Made by a program: the position numbers and the translations under genes. A DNA stretch of 64,000 nt, taken from Marsupella aquatica. Lineage: Eukaryota > Plantae > Marchantiophyta. The stretch's first letter is position 1, and the number at the start of each line of letters is the position of its first letter. Of the stretch, positions 12,324-24,300 are shown piece by piece. The DNA lies in the NCBI GenBank assembly GCA_973895155.1, contig OZ316898.1:19169292-19233291 (forward strand), in the 5' to 3' direction. Below the pieces are notes generated by a model. It saw nothing but the letters and a program-made list of their open reading frames with translations, did not search any database and was not told the DNA's origin.

Positions 12324-12664
12324 TGTTGGAAATCTGAGACTTGCGCTGTCTCAGGATCCTCCCACCATCATGCCAACTGCCTCAACCATTTAGTAGAGCC
12401 GTCGCCACACTGTAATTAATTTGCTTACGGTTAGTCATTTAGTATTAGTCCAGTTACCTAATTAGTGTTGGCCATTAGTCGCTTGGGACAAAACCCACTT
12501 AGGATACTCTACCTCCGCTGCCGCTCATGGCCTCTGTTTGTCACTTCTGGTGGATCTTAATCCACGGCTCTTACTCTTTCTGGCTCTCAACGGTCTGACG
12601 TTAATACTGTATATAATTCACCTCGCTTCCGAGGACTAATTAAGCATTCTCAGAAATTCCTTCA
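12324..12664 (+). repeat. 3' LTR (341 bp)
   Basis: Follows the PPT and is followed by the TSD CTAAG. Confidence 0.97.
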
Positions 12665-12800
12665 CTAAGCAACTGGTTTTGTGGCTTTTGCTCTATGTTT
12701 TGTAGAATGTTCTAAGCAACTGGTTCTGTGGCTTTTGCACTATGTTTTGTCAAAGGTTCTAAGCAACTGGTTCTGTGGCTTTTGCACCGAGTTTTGTCTA
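12665..12800. repeat. 47-bp tandem repeat split by the copia insertion (first unit at 5620-5673)
   Basis: Unit TTCTAAGCAACTGGTTCTGTGGCTTTTGCTCTATGTTTTGTCGAATG occurs on both sides of the element. Confidence 0.9.
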
Positions 12801-12949
12801 CTTGTCCAGTGAAGCGAGAATGCTCTCAAAATCATATTGGACAGCTTGCATGTACCATTTGATGTCTCCTACGGTTGATGTTCACTCTCGCACACTGGGA
12901 GGTGCAGCTCAGTGGGTAGAAGAATCACGTCTGTTTATTGTCTCGCAAT

Positions 12950-14720
12950 ATTGACACAGATTAGAAAGTTAGGCTCGAAATTCTCCTCGTTGATTACTGC
13001 GGGCAGGTGACACGAATGCCGATGTTGAAGTAAATTTCTCTGACTCAGATTCCGTCTCATTTCGGAAAGTGAGAACCCTGATGTGGTCTCGGATGTGATC
13101 AACGCTCCCGAAGCATGAACAGATTCGAGCCGAAACGGATACACTACATAAGAATGATTGGGATCACAGGTTTTGCAATAAGATGTATGGAGTTGGAGAT
13201 AGACTTGAGAGATTTGTGAAATTAGACGGTGAGCATGCTCTAATTGAGAAATCGCGTTGCTGAGGCCGAAAAAAATCAGGACAATTGGTGCTAGGTTCTA
13301 TTGCAGGTGCTTCCGAGAAAGGCAATGTTGAGGTCGTTTGGCTGCTATCTGGTAATTGCTATAGCTAATGAAGTTGTTGCTGTTTGAGAATAGTTTCCTA
13401 TGGAAGACTAAAGTCCGACGGAACCGGAGAGTGTCTCATTATGCGTTTCGCACGATATTGAATTCGGAAACCTGATGTGATAAGCACCAATAATAAACAA
13501 CTTCGAGCTGGCTCCTACGGAAATGGAATCACTACGAATGATGCACGGCAGGGTGTCGGATTGTCCTCGTTGATCGCCCAACCGTCACTGCCAGTACATC
13601 CCCCTGGAGAGATCGGATCGACTTTATTGTGCTCTTGATTATTTCAACACTATGGTGTGGCGAACCTGACAGCAACTTCGTTCAACTATGGAAACGAGAA
13701 ACGGCAGAATGCATCGCATTTTCAATTTATTCCACAATTTTACTCAGCATGTCATGAACGCGGTTTCTCCAACAGTTAATTGCCACAATTGAGCTGTTTC
13801 TCTCCCTCAGATTACTCAAGCTCTAGATGTAATCAGTTCCGTCGTCATCGAAATGCGACCACTGCGCGTCCTGGGGTGTTCTCGGAATTTCAAGTTCAAT
13901 CCTCACAAGATAGAATTAATCGAGCGTCATTCACAACTTACGATGCCAACCTCACGTTGCAACTCAAGGGCCAACTCGAGTGTCCGGATATTAAAGTTCA
14001 TTTCTGAGCTCCCGGTTCTATCTTGTATTGATCTGGGTGAAGATCTCAGGCTGTGAATCGATCGTAGTTTCATCATTGAGGACCCTGTCCATTTGAGAGG
14101 TAACGATCAATTTTTGCAATTTTGATAGGCGTGCGGCGTGCGACCCGTGAACAGAATGGATAGAATTGCCTCAAATAGAAATGTATGGCAGAGTAATCTG
14201 TTCGAGCAGAGTACCTCCTCAAACTCAAGAACGTCGATCTGGACTGGATTGGATTACTGTGACCACCACACCACAAAGTACTAGGAAGGATCGAAGACCT
14301 TGTCGGCCCACGAATTTGCGATCTGCAGGTCGCATCCCATAGATCTGAAGCCAGAGCTCACCCAGTCAATCTTTCTTACAAGACCTAAACGAGGACCTCT
14401 TCGTTTGATCTCGTCTCTGCGGGAATGAAATTCTGGCTACTAAGCATCCTTTACACCGACTTTCCATCCTTTCGGTCAACTTCAACGATGCGAATCGTAC
14501 TTCGCCTTGGCATCTGATGTACCGGGAATGTAACGCATACCAGTTCTGGCCATGTCATAAACTCCTCTTGTCGATGGATATCATCGACAACCTTAGACCA
14601 GATCAGGCGATTTAGATGAGCTTGAGTGGATCGAGCCTCGAAATTGAGTTTAGTCCGTGATTGGTGTCGACCAAATGCCCCGGATCGAGATTCTTCTCCA
14701 ATGCTGGTCAGCTTAGAGCT
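12950..14720 (+). pseudogene. Possible highly decayed LRR (NLR-like) coding relic
   Basis: Scattered LRR-like peptides in shifting frames: LEILLVDYCGQVTRMP, ISLTQIPSHFGK, MESLRMMHGRVSDCPR, FISELPVLSCIDLG, YLLKLKNVDLDWIGL. No intact ORF. Confidence 0.3.
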
Positions 14721-16090
14721 AAGACACTGTGAGACCGACTAATGTGACGAGTAAGGGAGTACAGTATGACACTCATTACTCTCATACACGTACACACAAT
14801 GTTTGATTTTGTGTGGAGTCAATGAAAACATTATGACACTGAGAACTACAAATAGAGCAATGAAAACATTATGACACTGACACCTACAAAAAGAGCACGA
14901 CTCCTGTGACACTGCCAAAAGAATGATGTTGTGACGCAGGGAAAAATGAAGATTGGAATCTACTCTGTAAACGCAGAATGCTCATTACCAAATTCGCGCC
15001 TGAGAAAACCTTGATGATGAGCTACCCATAGTTGGAATCCCCAGCATTCTTCTCCCTTCTGTTCGGTAATTTCTTTGATAATTGAAGAGCGATGAAGATT
15101 TCTGTTGTACGTCCAATTAGCCGGCAACCCACATACTCTTACACATCGTGAGCTCCCCGAAATTGACAAAATATTTATCATGCTTGCTCATGTCATACAA
15201 GAGAGTTCTGTGTTGAAGTGCAATTGGCTCAACCGCTCCTCTCGGTCGTCTCGTGGTTCTATATGGTGTTCTCTGGACTATGGCTAATCGGAAGTCCAGG
15301 TTCATATGTTATCCATTAAACGAGATTGCCGATCCAAGGTCGTTGCCTTGTTTTGCGGGCAATGTGATTGACTGATTTTCTCTGATCCTGTCAGGATGGA
15401 TCTCAAGGATATGTAATGCGGTGTGAATAGTAAATCCGGAGAGGAGAATGATGACAAATCAACGCAGCCAAAGAGGGCTTGTCCGTAAACACCCCCACTT
15501 TTGCAAAAGATACTCAGTCCTTGGCCAACCGGAGCTGTCAACCGAATTAAGAACTACCTGATGATGGATTGCCTAACTATTTCCCCGACAGCAAAGCTCG
15601 GTGACTTGCTCGATAATGAAAGAGCAACCGGGCCTTGGTGTTGTCAACTGCTGTCACTGAGGACACGATGGAGAGAATTTGACGAGGTGAGAAGTTTAAA
15701 AGTTCACCAAAATACTTGACATTGTAGATCCACTCCAGTAGCTGGCGGGATACACAATTATTTCCAAGCTCCAAGCCGACTCGTCAAGCCGCCTGGAGGG
15801 GGCAGGCGAATGTTACCAACGAAACACCTGTACAACGGGATAGTTGTCCCAAACGAACTGTTACAGTGGAAAGAGAATGGAGCTCTTCGATCTGCATTAC
15901 GTCACATCCCGTCAGCAGGTTATCACTTGGACATCTCATAAGGATACTCCGCTCGTGCATCAAACGGCCAGGCAGATAGAACCACCGAGATAATTTTATT
16001 TCATCTTTCGTGTAAAATCATTTTGCTGGGAAAATATTTCCGAATTCCGAGATGGACGAGCTAGCTAGCTAAAGAACTAAAATCTAAAAC

Positions 16091-16750
16091 CTATGCTGAA
16101 CAGCAGCCAACTTTTTTCAATGCGGTGACATCGTCCTTGTTTCCAACGCTAATAGTTGTACCTGCCCCTACCCCAGCCCCATTAGATGGATCCTCGCCAA
16201 CATCAAGCGCCTTCTTACTCACCACACTGTAAATCTGAGTCAGAATCTGTTTAAAGGCATTTTCCACATTGGTCGCCACGAGAGCAGAGGTTTCCATAAA
16301 GAAAAGGCCCTCTCTCTCTGAGAATGACTGGCCATCCTCTGTAGACACCGCTCTCAAGTGGCGCAAATCTGATTTGTTCCCGACGAGCATGACCACGATG
16401 TTCGCGTCCGTGTGGTCCTTGAGCTCTTTCAGCCATCTTTCAATGTTCTCGAAGGTGCCGTGTCTTGTGATATCATAGACTAACAGCGCGCCCATGGCTC
16501 CACGATAGTACGCACTCGTGATAGCTCTGTACCTTTCCTGGCCTGCCGTGTCCCATATCTGCGCCTTGATGAGCTTGCTTTCCACATTGATGCTCCGGGT
16601 CGCGAACTCCACACCGATGGTGGACTTCGATTCCAAACTAAACTCATTGCGCGTAAACCTTGCGAGAATGTTGGATTTGCCAACACCGGAGTCTCCGATC
16701 AGAACAACCTTGAATAGATAATCGTAATCGTCCTCTGATCTGTACGCCAT
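16091..16750 (-). CDS. RAB11: Rab11/RabA small GTPase (intronless CDS, 219 aa)
   Basis: [48 protein letters not shown] and a C-terminal GCCSA prenylation motif. Confidence 0.97.
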   Translation of the reverse strand: MAYRSEDDYDYLFKVVLIGDSGVGKSNILARFTRNEFSLESKSTIGVEFATRSINVESKLIKAQIWDTAGQERYRAITSAYYRGAMGALLVYDITRHGTFENIERWLKELKDHTDANIVVMLVGNKSDLRHLRAVSTEDGQSFSEREGLFFMETSALVATNVENAFKQILTQIYSVVSKKALDVGEDPSNGAGVGAGTTISVGNKDDVTALKKVGCCSA

Positions 16751-17362
16751 CCTTTGCGCCTTCTGTCAGCAAGGTCCTTTCAAGTCGCTGGTATGTTGCC
16801 AACACAGAAACGTCGCGGAGCTGCGATCGATTTGTATCAAATGAATAGATCTCCCAAGATCTAAAACCACCGTGTAGGTGTACGCTCCTGAGAAACAGCA
16901 ACAGAGGACACTAATTTAACAGATCTGAGCATCCGGCCAGTCTGTCTGCCCTCTAGCTCGAGATGTATCCCGTGTTCAGTCCACCTTTCCACGATGGGTC
17001 CGTCCTGATCACAATTGGTAACGATAATCGTGATGTTCCACGAGCCGAAGTATACTTGCTTTCTCAAAGAAGCCTTGGTTGACATCCATATTCGATTGGG
17101 CGAAATTTACCGCAATTGGAGTCGTACACCGCTGCGCAACCAGTCGAGGTCGGTGGCGATGGCGATGGCGGATGCCGCCCCGATCGGAAGCGGATCTAGA
17201 GCTTCCGCGTCGACGAGAGAGGGCGTCGCGATGTCACAACACTCTCGACCTTGCTCGATGAAGAGACGACGTCCGCAAAACAATGTCACAGAAACAGAGC
17301 CGAAGTGTGTGTTTCAAGAGAAGAGAAGCTGAAGCGTGACACCAGAGTAAGGTGCGCCATGA

Positions 17363-18208
17363 CCGTCCGTCAACGGCGATGACTGTACCTATGACGGCCG
17401 TCAGAAGCGCAACATTTCCGCTGGCCCTGAGAAATTGACAATATCGAAGGATTTGCTATGCGAAATTCCATTAAATATGTTAAAGGGGGGCGGGGGGAGG
17501 GGGAGGAGGGGGGGCGGGGGGAAATGATACTCCCTTGTCCGGTAGACAAAAACCATACAATGGGGATAGACTAATTGGAAGTATTCTGTCACATTACTGT
17601 GCCTCTGAGTTGCAAAAATGGGAGCATTTTGACTAACGTAGGGGTCTATCCTGGCTTCATGTTGTAAAGGGGGAGAACACGTTATATTGAAAACTAAATG
17701 TGATGTGAAATGAGAGGGAAGATAAAATCAGAGTGCCAAAATAATCTAAAGTTTAAATTATACAAGTGATGCATCTTGTTAATACATATTAAAATAAGAA
17801 TATATGATAAAAATTAGACAAAACATTGTATATGTCATACAATAGTGTGAAAAGCAAATTGTCATCTTCGTCTATGTTGGTTTTTGCAATATTCATTTAT
17901 TATACTCTTGGGTCCCATTTTGAAGAAAATTCATGTATTCTCTTGGGTCCCACTTTTAGAAGCTGTCTACAAGAGAGTTAGGTATGCTCTCACCATCAAC
18001 GGCAATGACTGAACCTGTGACGGCCGTCAGAAGCGACAACATTTACGCGGGCCCTTAGAGTGCTGAAGGATTTGCTTCGTCATTTAAGGAAAAGCAAATG
18101 TCCCTTTTGTTTGTTCTGCAAAATTCATTTATTACAGTATGTCGGGTTCCATTTTTAGTAAATTTCATTTAGTATAATCTCTTCGGTCCCACTTTTAGAA
18201 GCTGTCCA
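17363..18208. repeat. Diverged tandem duplication upstream of the Rab gene; first copy interrupted by ~390 bp
   Basis: TCAACGGC(G/A)ATGACTG...TGACGGCCGTCAGAAGCG at ~17370 and ~17996; GGTCCCACTTTTAGAAGCTGTC at ~17946 and ~18185. Confidence 0.75.
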
Positions 18209-18720
18209 TGTATGGAGTTCCGTTCAAAACGGCCTCTGTCCCCAAAGTTTTGGAGGACAAAGTACTACACCTTTTTACTCTGTTAATATTTTTTATTAAT
18301 TATGGTAACCAGGATCACTATGTTTTGCTTGGGGATGTGGGGATGACAAACCCTATGCCCGTGCGTTACAGAGCGAAATGAGGGCCGGCCCATAGAGAGT
18401 CGGGCCAGGGGGCGAGAGGCAGGGCGAGAACATCGAGACCGACGGGAGGGCAAGGCAGGGCATCAGGGCAAGGCATCGCGAGCATTGATGCCTATATACG
18501 TATATCGCAAGGGGGGCCCATAATAAGGCACGGGTGTGGGAGGTCTTGCCAGAGAGGGCAAATGCGAATCAAACGGATACGATAATCCTTTGAAATATCT
18601 TACGGCCAGTTTTGATTCCCGCCGATTTTGAATTTCATGACAGGACGAAGGACAAAAAAAGGCGGGATCACTTATTATAGCTGTAGACGAGAATGATATA
18701 CCAAGCAGATCGTGTGGAAT

Positions 18721-18965
18721 TATTTTTTGCCTTGAAACCAAATGCACCCATCCAACACAGGATAGATGATCACCTTAGCAGGATGCACCTGTTTAGGGTA
18801 CCATACTGAGTGATCTGACAAGGACCCAAACCAGGAGGTAAACACGGATAAACCATGGTCACATAATACACTAGCTATGGGCTGAAGAGAAACCAATACT
18901 AGCTCTACACCCCACCCATACAGACACACATAACCTCCACCACCCATGCATGTGGATGGGAGGCT
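18721..18965 (-). mobile_element. Older copy of the SINE found at 50070-50397
   Basis: Collinear similarity, e.g. GATCTGACAAGGACCCAAACCAGGAGG vs GATCCGACAGGGACTCAGACCAGGAGG, and GGGCTGAAGAGAAACCA vs GGGCTGAGGAGAAACCA. Confidence 0.65.
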
Positions 18966-20054
18966 TATTCAATTGATAAGAGAGTTGATTTCCAATTTGT
19001 GTCAAGTATTTGTGTGCTAAAGGCTTTGTATTGTGAACCCCACTATGGAATGGGGTTTCTAAGAGTCATCTACTTTTGAAGCTTAAACCCATAACCTTAG
19101 TTGTCAAAATAAAACCTTTTATTGCTGGGCCATGTTTACAGGGATGATAATTTTATCTAGTCGGACTAGTAACCTCTGCACTTTTTAAATCCAAGAGTAT
19201 GTAATATTGTACTTCCAATTGTAAAATCTTATACCTCATGTTTTCATTTTGTGTGGTTGACAACAATGGGGTCTCAAGCCTCAGGATTTAATGGACCTTA
19301 ACTTAGTAGTTTAAAGCTAAGATAGAAAAAGTTATGAACTATAATACTCATCATCCATAACTTTTTGCCATTAAGATTGGTCAGATGTCATAAGTCACTG
19401 TAGAGAGGATATTGGAAAAAACTTATTTTAAATAACCCTATGAAAAACCATATGGCCAAAAGCTGACTTTGAGACACCCTCATAAACGAATTTCACTCGT
19501 CCAGAACCCCATCTACAGTGGATAGGTGCCCCATGTATAAGTGCATTCCATGGGTACCTGCAGGTGGGTCATGTAGTCCCCTCATAATACAACATTATTC
19601 TTTGTAAATGCACCCAAAAATGCACAATTTGTAATGTGCAGCTCATTTTTGTCTATTAGAGTGCACATGCATTAATCAATTATTGCACCACATATGCTTG
19701 GACAACTACACATGGTAGTTTCATGCACTTATCCAGTTGAATCGTGCAGTACAAGGATTCCAGGTATAAGGAGTCCCATGCAAATGACCTGACAAAACAC
19801 TTGCAGCAGTGCATAAGTGGTTTCACATGCACTTATTGGAAAGTGCAACATGCACATATCATGATGCCCATGTACTTATGGCATCTCAGTGTTACTTGGC
19901 AAATGTACAGAAGCTACAATTGTGATCAAGACTTCTAGAGTGAAACCTCTAGACCGTAACTCTAGGGTCGCACCAAATGTATGTGGATGGAGAGAATGGG
20001 ATGTATCGTATGTCAAGCTGATGATGCATGATTATTTTTGTCACCATCTCTAAT

Positions 20055-20725
20055 GTCATTCAAAGAATGGGCATTGATGCTCATAGTGCATAACGTAGAT
20101 AAGTGCAGGCTTGGGTTGTCTTCCCGGGACCCTGCCCTGCTTATTTTTGTCATCATCTCTACTATAATTCAAAGAATGAGCATTCACGCTCACAGTGCAT
20201 AAAGTGGATAAGTGCAGGCTTGGGTTGTCGTCCTGGGAACTTGCACTTAGACAAGGTAGATTGTACTTAGACAAGGTGCACTTAGACAAGGTAAATTTAG
20301 CTCATAGTGCATAGCATGGATAAGTGCAGGCTTGGGTGGTCTTCCCAGGAACCTGCACTTAGACAAGGTAGACTGTACTTAGACAAGGTAAATTGTAGCT
20401 CATTGTGCATAACATAGATAAGTGCAGGCTTGAGTGGTCTTCCCGGGAACCTGCGCTTAGACAAGGTAGACTGTACTTAGACAAGGTGCACTTAGACAAG
20501 GTAAACTGTAGCTCATGGTGCATAATGTGGATGAGTGCAGGCTTGGGTTCCCTGAATCTGCACTGCTTATTTTTGTCATAATCTCTACTGTCATTCAAAG
20601 AATGGGCATTCACACTCATAGTGCATAAAGTGGATAAGTGCAGGCTTGGGTTGTCTTCCCAGGAACCTGCACTTAGACAAGGTGGACTGTAGTTAGAGGT
20701 GCCCTTAGACAAGGTAGACTGTAGC
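20055..20725. repeat. Composite tandem repeat (CTTAGACAAGGT and GATAAGTGCAGGCTTGGG modules)
   Basis: About 6 long modules and more than 10 short modules are visible. Confidence 0.9.
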
Positions 20726-21386
20726 GTAATGTCAAGAGTTTTTGAAGTTCAGACTTTTATCCTCGTGTTTGGGACTGAGAGAATCTACCTGTGTGAGTAT
20801 TGAGTAGGCCCGGGAGTGGGCTTTGCGGCAAAAGCTGCGTAATTCTCTGCTCACGGGCGTCATGATGCCTCCATGTTTGGTCCACTTCCCGAAAGCCAGA
20901 GGTTCCGGTGGTCGTCTTTCAGTTGCTTTGCTTTACGCTTTGCCTGAAATGCCTGAAATGCCTGAACAGTCATCAAAACGGAAAGTGGGGAAGGAAGGAA
21001 TGGATTGAGCGTTGAATATTTTGAGCTTCGGATCATAGATGCCATCGGTCTGCACTGACCTTTTACAGGTGGAAAGGAGATGCACATGTCTGCAGAAAAT
21101 GGGGAAAGCGGGTCTTCATTGCGAGTGGAACGCAGATGATATCGGTCTTTCGTGTTCTTTTTCAGCTGGAACAGGATTTGTGCATGTGTTCAGCTGGAAC
21201 AGGCTTAGCGATGGCTTCAGGTGATGATTTCTTGTGGTGAAACAGGGAAAGAGTTCCTGAAGTTCTCCACCGACTGTGTGGGGAGGCAGAGAGTGACAGA
21301 GTCAGGGTACATTCCCTTCTGGAGAAGAAACACGGAGATATACGAGATTGGGGTTCGAGGCATTCGAGAGGAAGAGAGAATTGGAG

Positions 21387-24300
21387 ATGGCTGATCACCA
21401 CCAGTATACAGGGCCTCCAGGGGGCCCTATCTCGGTACCTCCCTGGGCTCCTCCTCCTCGTCCTCCTCCTCTGAAAGCCCCTCCACCTTCGCCTGCTCGT
21501 CTTCCTCCTCTTGCTCCTCCTCCTCCGCCGTTGCAGATCCATCAACCGCAACACCTCATGCATCCGCCTCCTCCTTTTCCCCCCTTTCTTCCAGGCCATC
21601 CTGGCAATCCAGGTTTTCATGGCACTCCAGGTTTTGTACATGGATTTGTGCCGCAGCAGCAGCAGCAACATCATTACTACAATGTGGGTCCTCATGCTTT
21701 CCCCTTTCATAGCCCCCCTCCCAACCAAAGCTCGTTTGGATCTCCTCCTCTTCCTTTCCCTCCTCCACCGCCTCAAAGGGCACCACCTCAAATGGGTCCG
21801 GGAATGGTTTCTTCGATTCAAAGTTCGGACTTAGGAGCTGCCCATTTTAGGGGCAGCGATGCTGCTCAATTCGGGCAGTACAACAGAACTTCTCCACTCG
21901 GAATTGCAAGAATCGAGAATTTAGGGTTCAGCAAAGAGGAGGAGGGGGTCGTTGTGATTGAGAAGGCTATAGAGCAAACCCAAAAGGAGAAAACAGTCGA
22001 CGTAACGGAGCTTTTATCTCAGATTCGTGCTCTTGTCGGTCAAGCTGAGGAGGCTGTACAAAAGGTTGGAAAGTTGGGCATGTTGGAGCCCTCAATTGCA
22101 GGACCTCATTTAGTGACATGCCCTCATAACCCCACTCATCGAGTCTCTCCAAAGGTCCTGTTCAAACACTTTCTTTGCTGCCCTTCAAGCCCTAAACCCA
22201 AGTTGGACGCTCAGAAGCTCATCTCCTCTCTCCAATACCCCCACTGGCAAGATCACGACGAAGACACTGGACCTGAGAAGGACGATCACAAACCCGTAGA
22301 ATTGCAATCTATTACCTTAGACGCCGGGAGAGACCCGAAGTCTTCAGTTCCATTCAGTGAAAACTTGACGGAAGGTGAGGTTCAAGTGGACAAAGGAAAT
22401 GTGAAAGATCAGATTCTAGTTTCAGGACCTGGAAAAGGCGAATCAAGGAAAGCTGCTGTTGGCAGTGACGTCGATATATGGGGAGGCGGTTTCTTCTACA
22501 AGGATTCCCCTGCGGTTGTTCAGGCACCATTACCAACACCTTATCCGGCGACAGAAATGTCCGATCAATTGGGTGCAAAATTGGAAAGCAAAAATGCAAC
22601 TTCGGAAGGGATCGGCAGTCTCGTTAAGAGGGGAATGTGTGGAGATGGTTTAGGGCAGCTTCTTCCCTCAAGATTCTGGTTGTTACTGAGAGAGATAGAG
22701 GCGTGGAAAGAATTCCCTACTCGGTGTTCCACTTTGGCTCTCCAGGCAGCAGCAGGAGTAAGGAGGATTCGGAGAAAAGTGGTCTCGGAGTGGGTACTCA
22801 TGCAAGCTCCCGCCCATGGGGTGGTAATTGATTCAGCCATGGCGAGCCACATCCATACTCTGGCCAGAATCTGCTTGAAATCTCTGCAAACGGAAGCATC
22901 CACTCTGATTGACCATCCCTGTTACTTTTCAATTAGTAGAGGTAGTCCCCCATCGCCTGGAAAAGACACCTCCCAAAAGTTTGATCTTGCAGAGAGATGT
23001 GGAACGGACGATGAGTTATCCATTGCGCAGGACGCTAGCGGTCTTATAAAAGTGAAGGAAGAACCAGCTCTAGTCATAGGCGATGTAGGTCGAAGTTTGA
23101 AGGTGTCTCTTCTTGATTGCCCTCATCTATTTCAAAGTGGGCACTGGCTCGCTTCTCAACTGTCCTCCCTGTTTGGCCCTTTACAGAGCAAGGCGTTAGT
23201 TTTGAAGTTGTTTAAGCACTGTCTTGTTATGTGTGGACGAAATTTGGCTTCCTCCTTTATAGGCCCCTTCAGGAAGCAGGCAACTGAAGACCCTGTGCAC
23301 TTGAGTAGATGTCTTCCAAATCAGGATGGGGATGTGAAGCCATCAACGGACTTGCAGATTCACCAAGACGCAAGGCAGATTCATAGTGAGTTTGTGAAAT
23401 CAATGGATGAAGCAGTGGACGGACGTGCTCTTCCATTGTGGGTGGAAACGGCCATTGCTGCTGTACGTGAACGGGCAGTTTTAGAGAGCTACTTGAGAGC
23501 CCTGACATATCCCAGCATAGCGGCAAAATTTCAAATGTGAGTATGAACCAACTGATGTCTATAGTCTAAATTTCAGACATCGAATTGCAGCGCCGGGTAC
23601 TTTGTGTGACTATGAGACCATTACGGGACAGATTATCCTGAGTTTTGGTAGGAAAGAACTCAATGCTAGGAATCAAGAGGATAAATTGTATGGGCTTAAA
23701 CCATCAGACATCAAGATTAGATTTGTGATGCTCTTGCCTCTCTCTTGCATGCTGCGGTTCTTCACAGGATCCAAGAGCATGAAGCCACAGTGACGATGGC
23801 TGCAGCAGAACGACGTAATCGAGAGAACTATAGAGCAGTTGTGGAGCATGATGGCCTGATTTGGCACCGATCTCAATTAGAGGTATGTGATCTTCGTTTC
23901 TCGACATCTGTTGTTAATGATCGGCACGGAAGAAATCTCGCAGTCGCTCCTAATTTCTGCATAACAAGTTGCTGCACAAAATGTTACGTAAAGTTTTTAC
24001 TCCACAGGAGTCCGGATGGCGTTTGGACTTTTTGGACAAATTATAGCTCAAAATTGCGTAAGAGGATTCATGTTGATATTTCGCACAGGAGAAAAACAAG
24101 AACAAATCCAGAGAAGAAATATTGGCTGAGGAGCGAGACTACAAGAGACGGCGCATGTCGTACAGAGGGAAAAGACTGAAACGGAATCCCACGGAGGTAG
24201 GCATCCTTTATGATAGATCCACAGTTAGAACCTCAATGCAAATGGCTGACGGCGGGCAGAACATAGGCTAGGAAACTCTACTTTTGTCGATAACTCCTCA

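Larger units (their letters stand above)
5674..12664 (+). mobile_element. Full-length, inactivated Ty1/copia LTR retrotransposon
   Basis: TG...CA LTRs at 5674-6014 and 12324-12664, 5-bp TSD CTAAG (5669-5673 and 12665-12669), PBS TGGTATTAGAGC at 6019-6030, polypurine tract at 12315-12323. Copia domain order: gag, CNYCRKKGHWEPDC zinc knuckle, WILDSGAS protease, IHTDLCGP/SDRGGEY/QNGVAER integrase, HMDVVTAFLN/FVDDLL RT, YTDADWG/TEAEY RNase H. Stops, frameshifts and three nested insertions. Confidence 0.97.

Noticed and set aside
20055-20725. CRISPR-like look of short repeats with variable intervening sequence
   Set aside because: The intervening sequences are themselves repeated modules, the context is eukaryotic, and there are no cas genes
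21348-21386. ORF-track start of the 730-aa ORF
   Set aside because: It is a TTG start; the first in-frame ATG is at 21387
21162-21821. 219-aa Arg-rich minus-strand ORF
   Set aside because: Antisense shadow of the Pro-rich SNRNP48 exon 1
24197-24210. ATCCTTT near the donor of SNRNP48 intron 3 as a U12-type intron
   Set aside because: The donor is GTAGGC; ATCCTTT is not at positions +3 to +9
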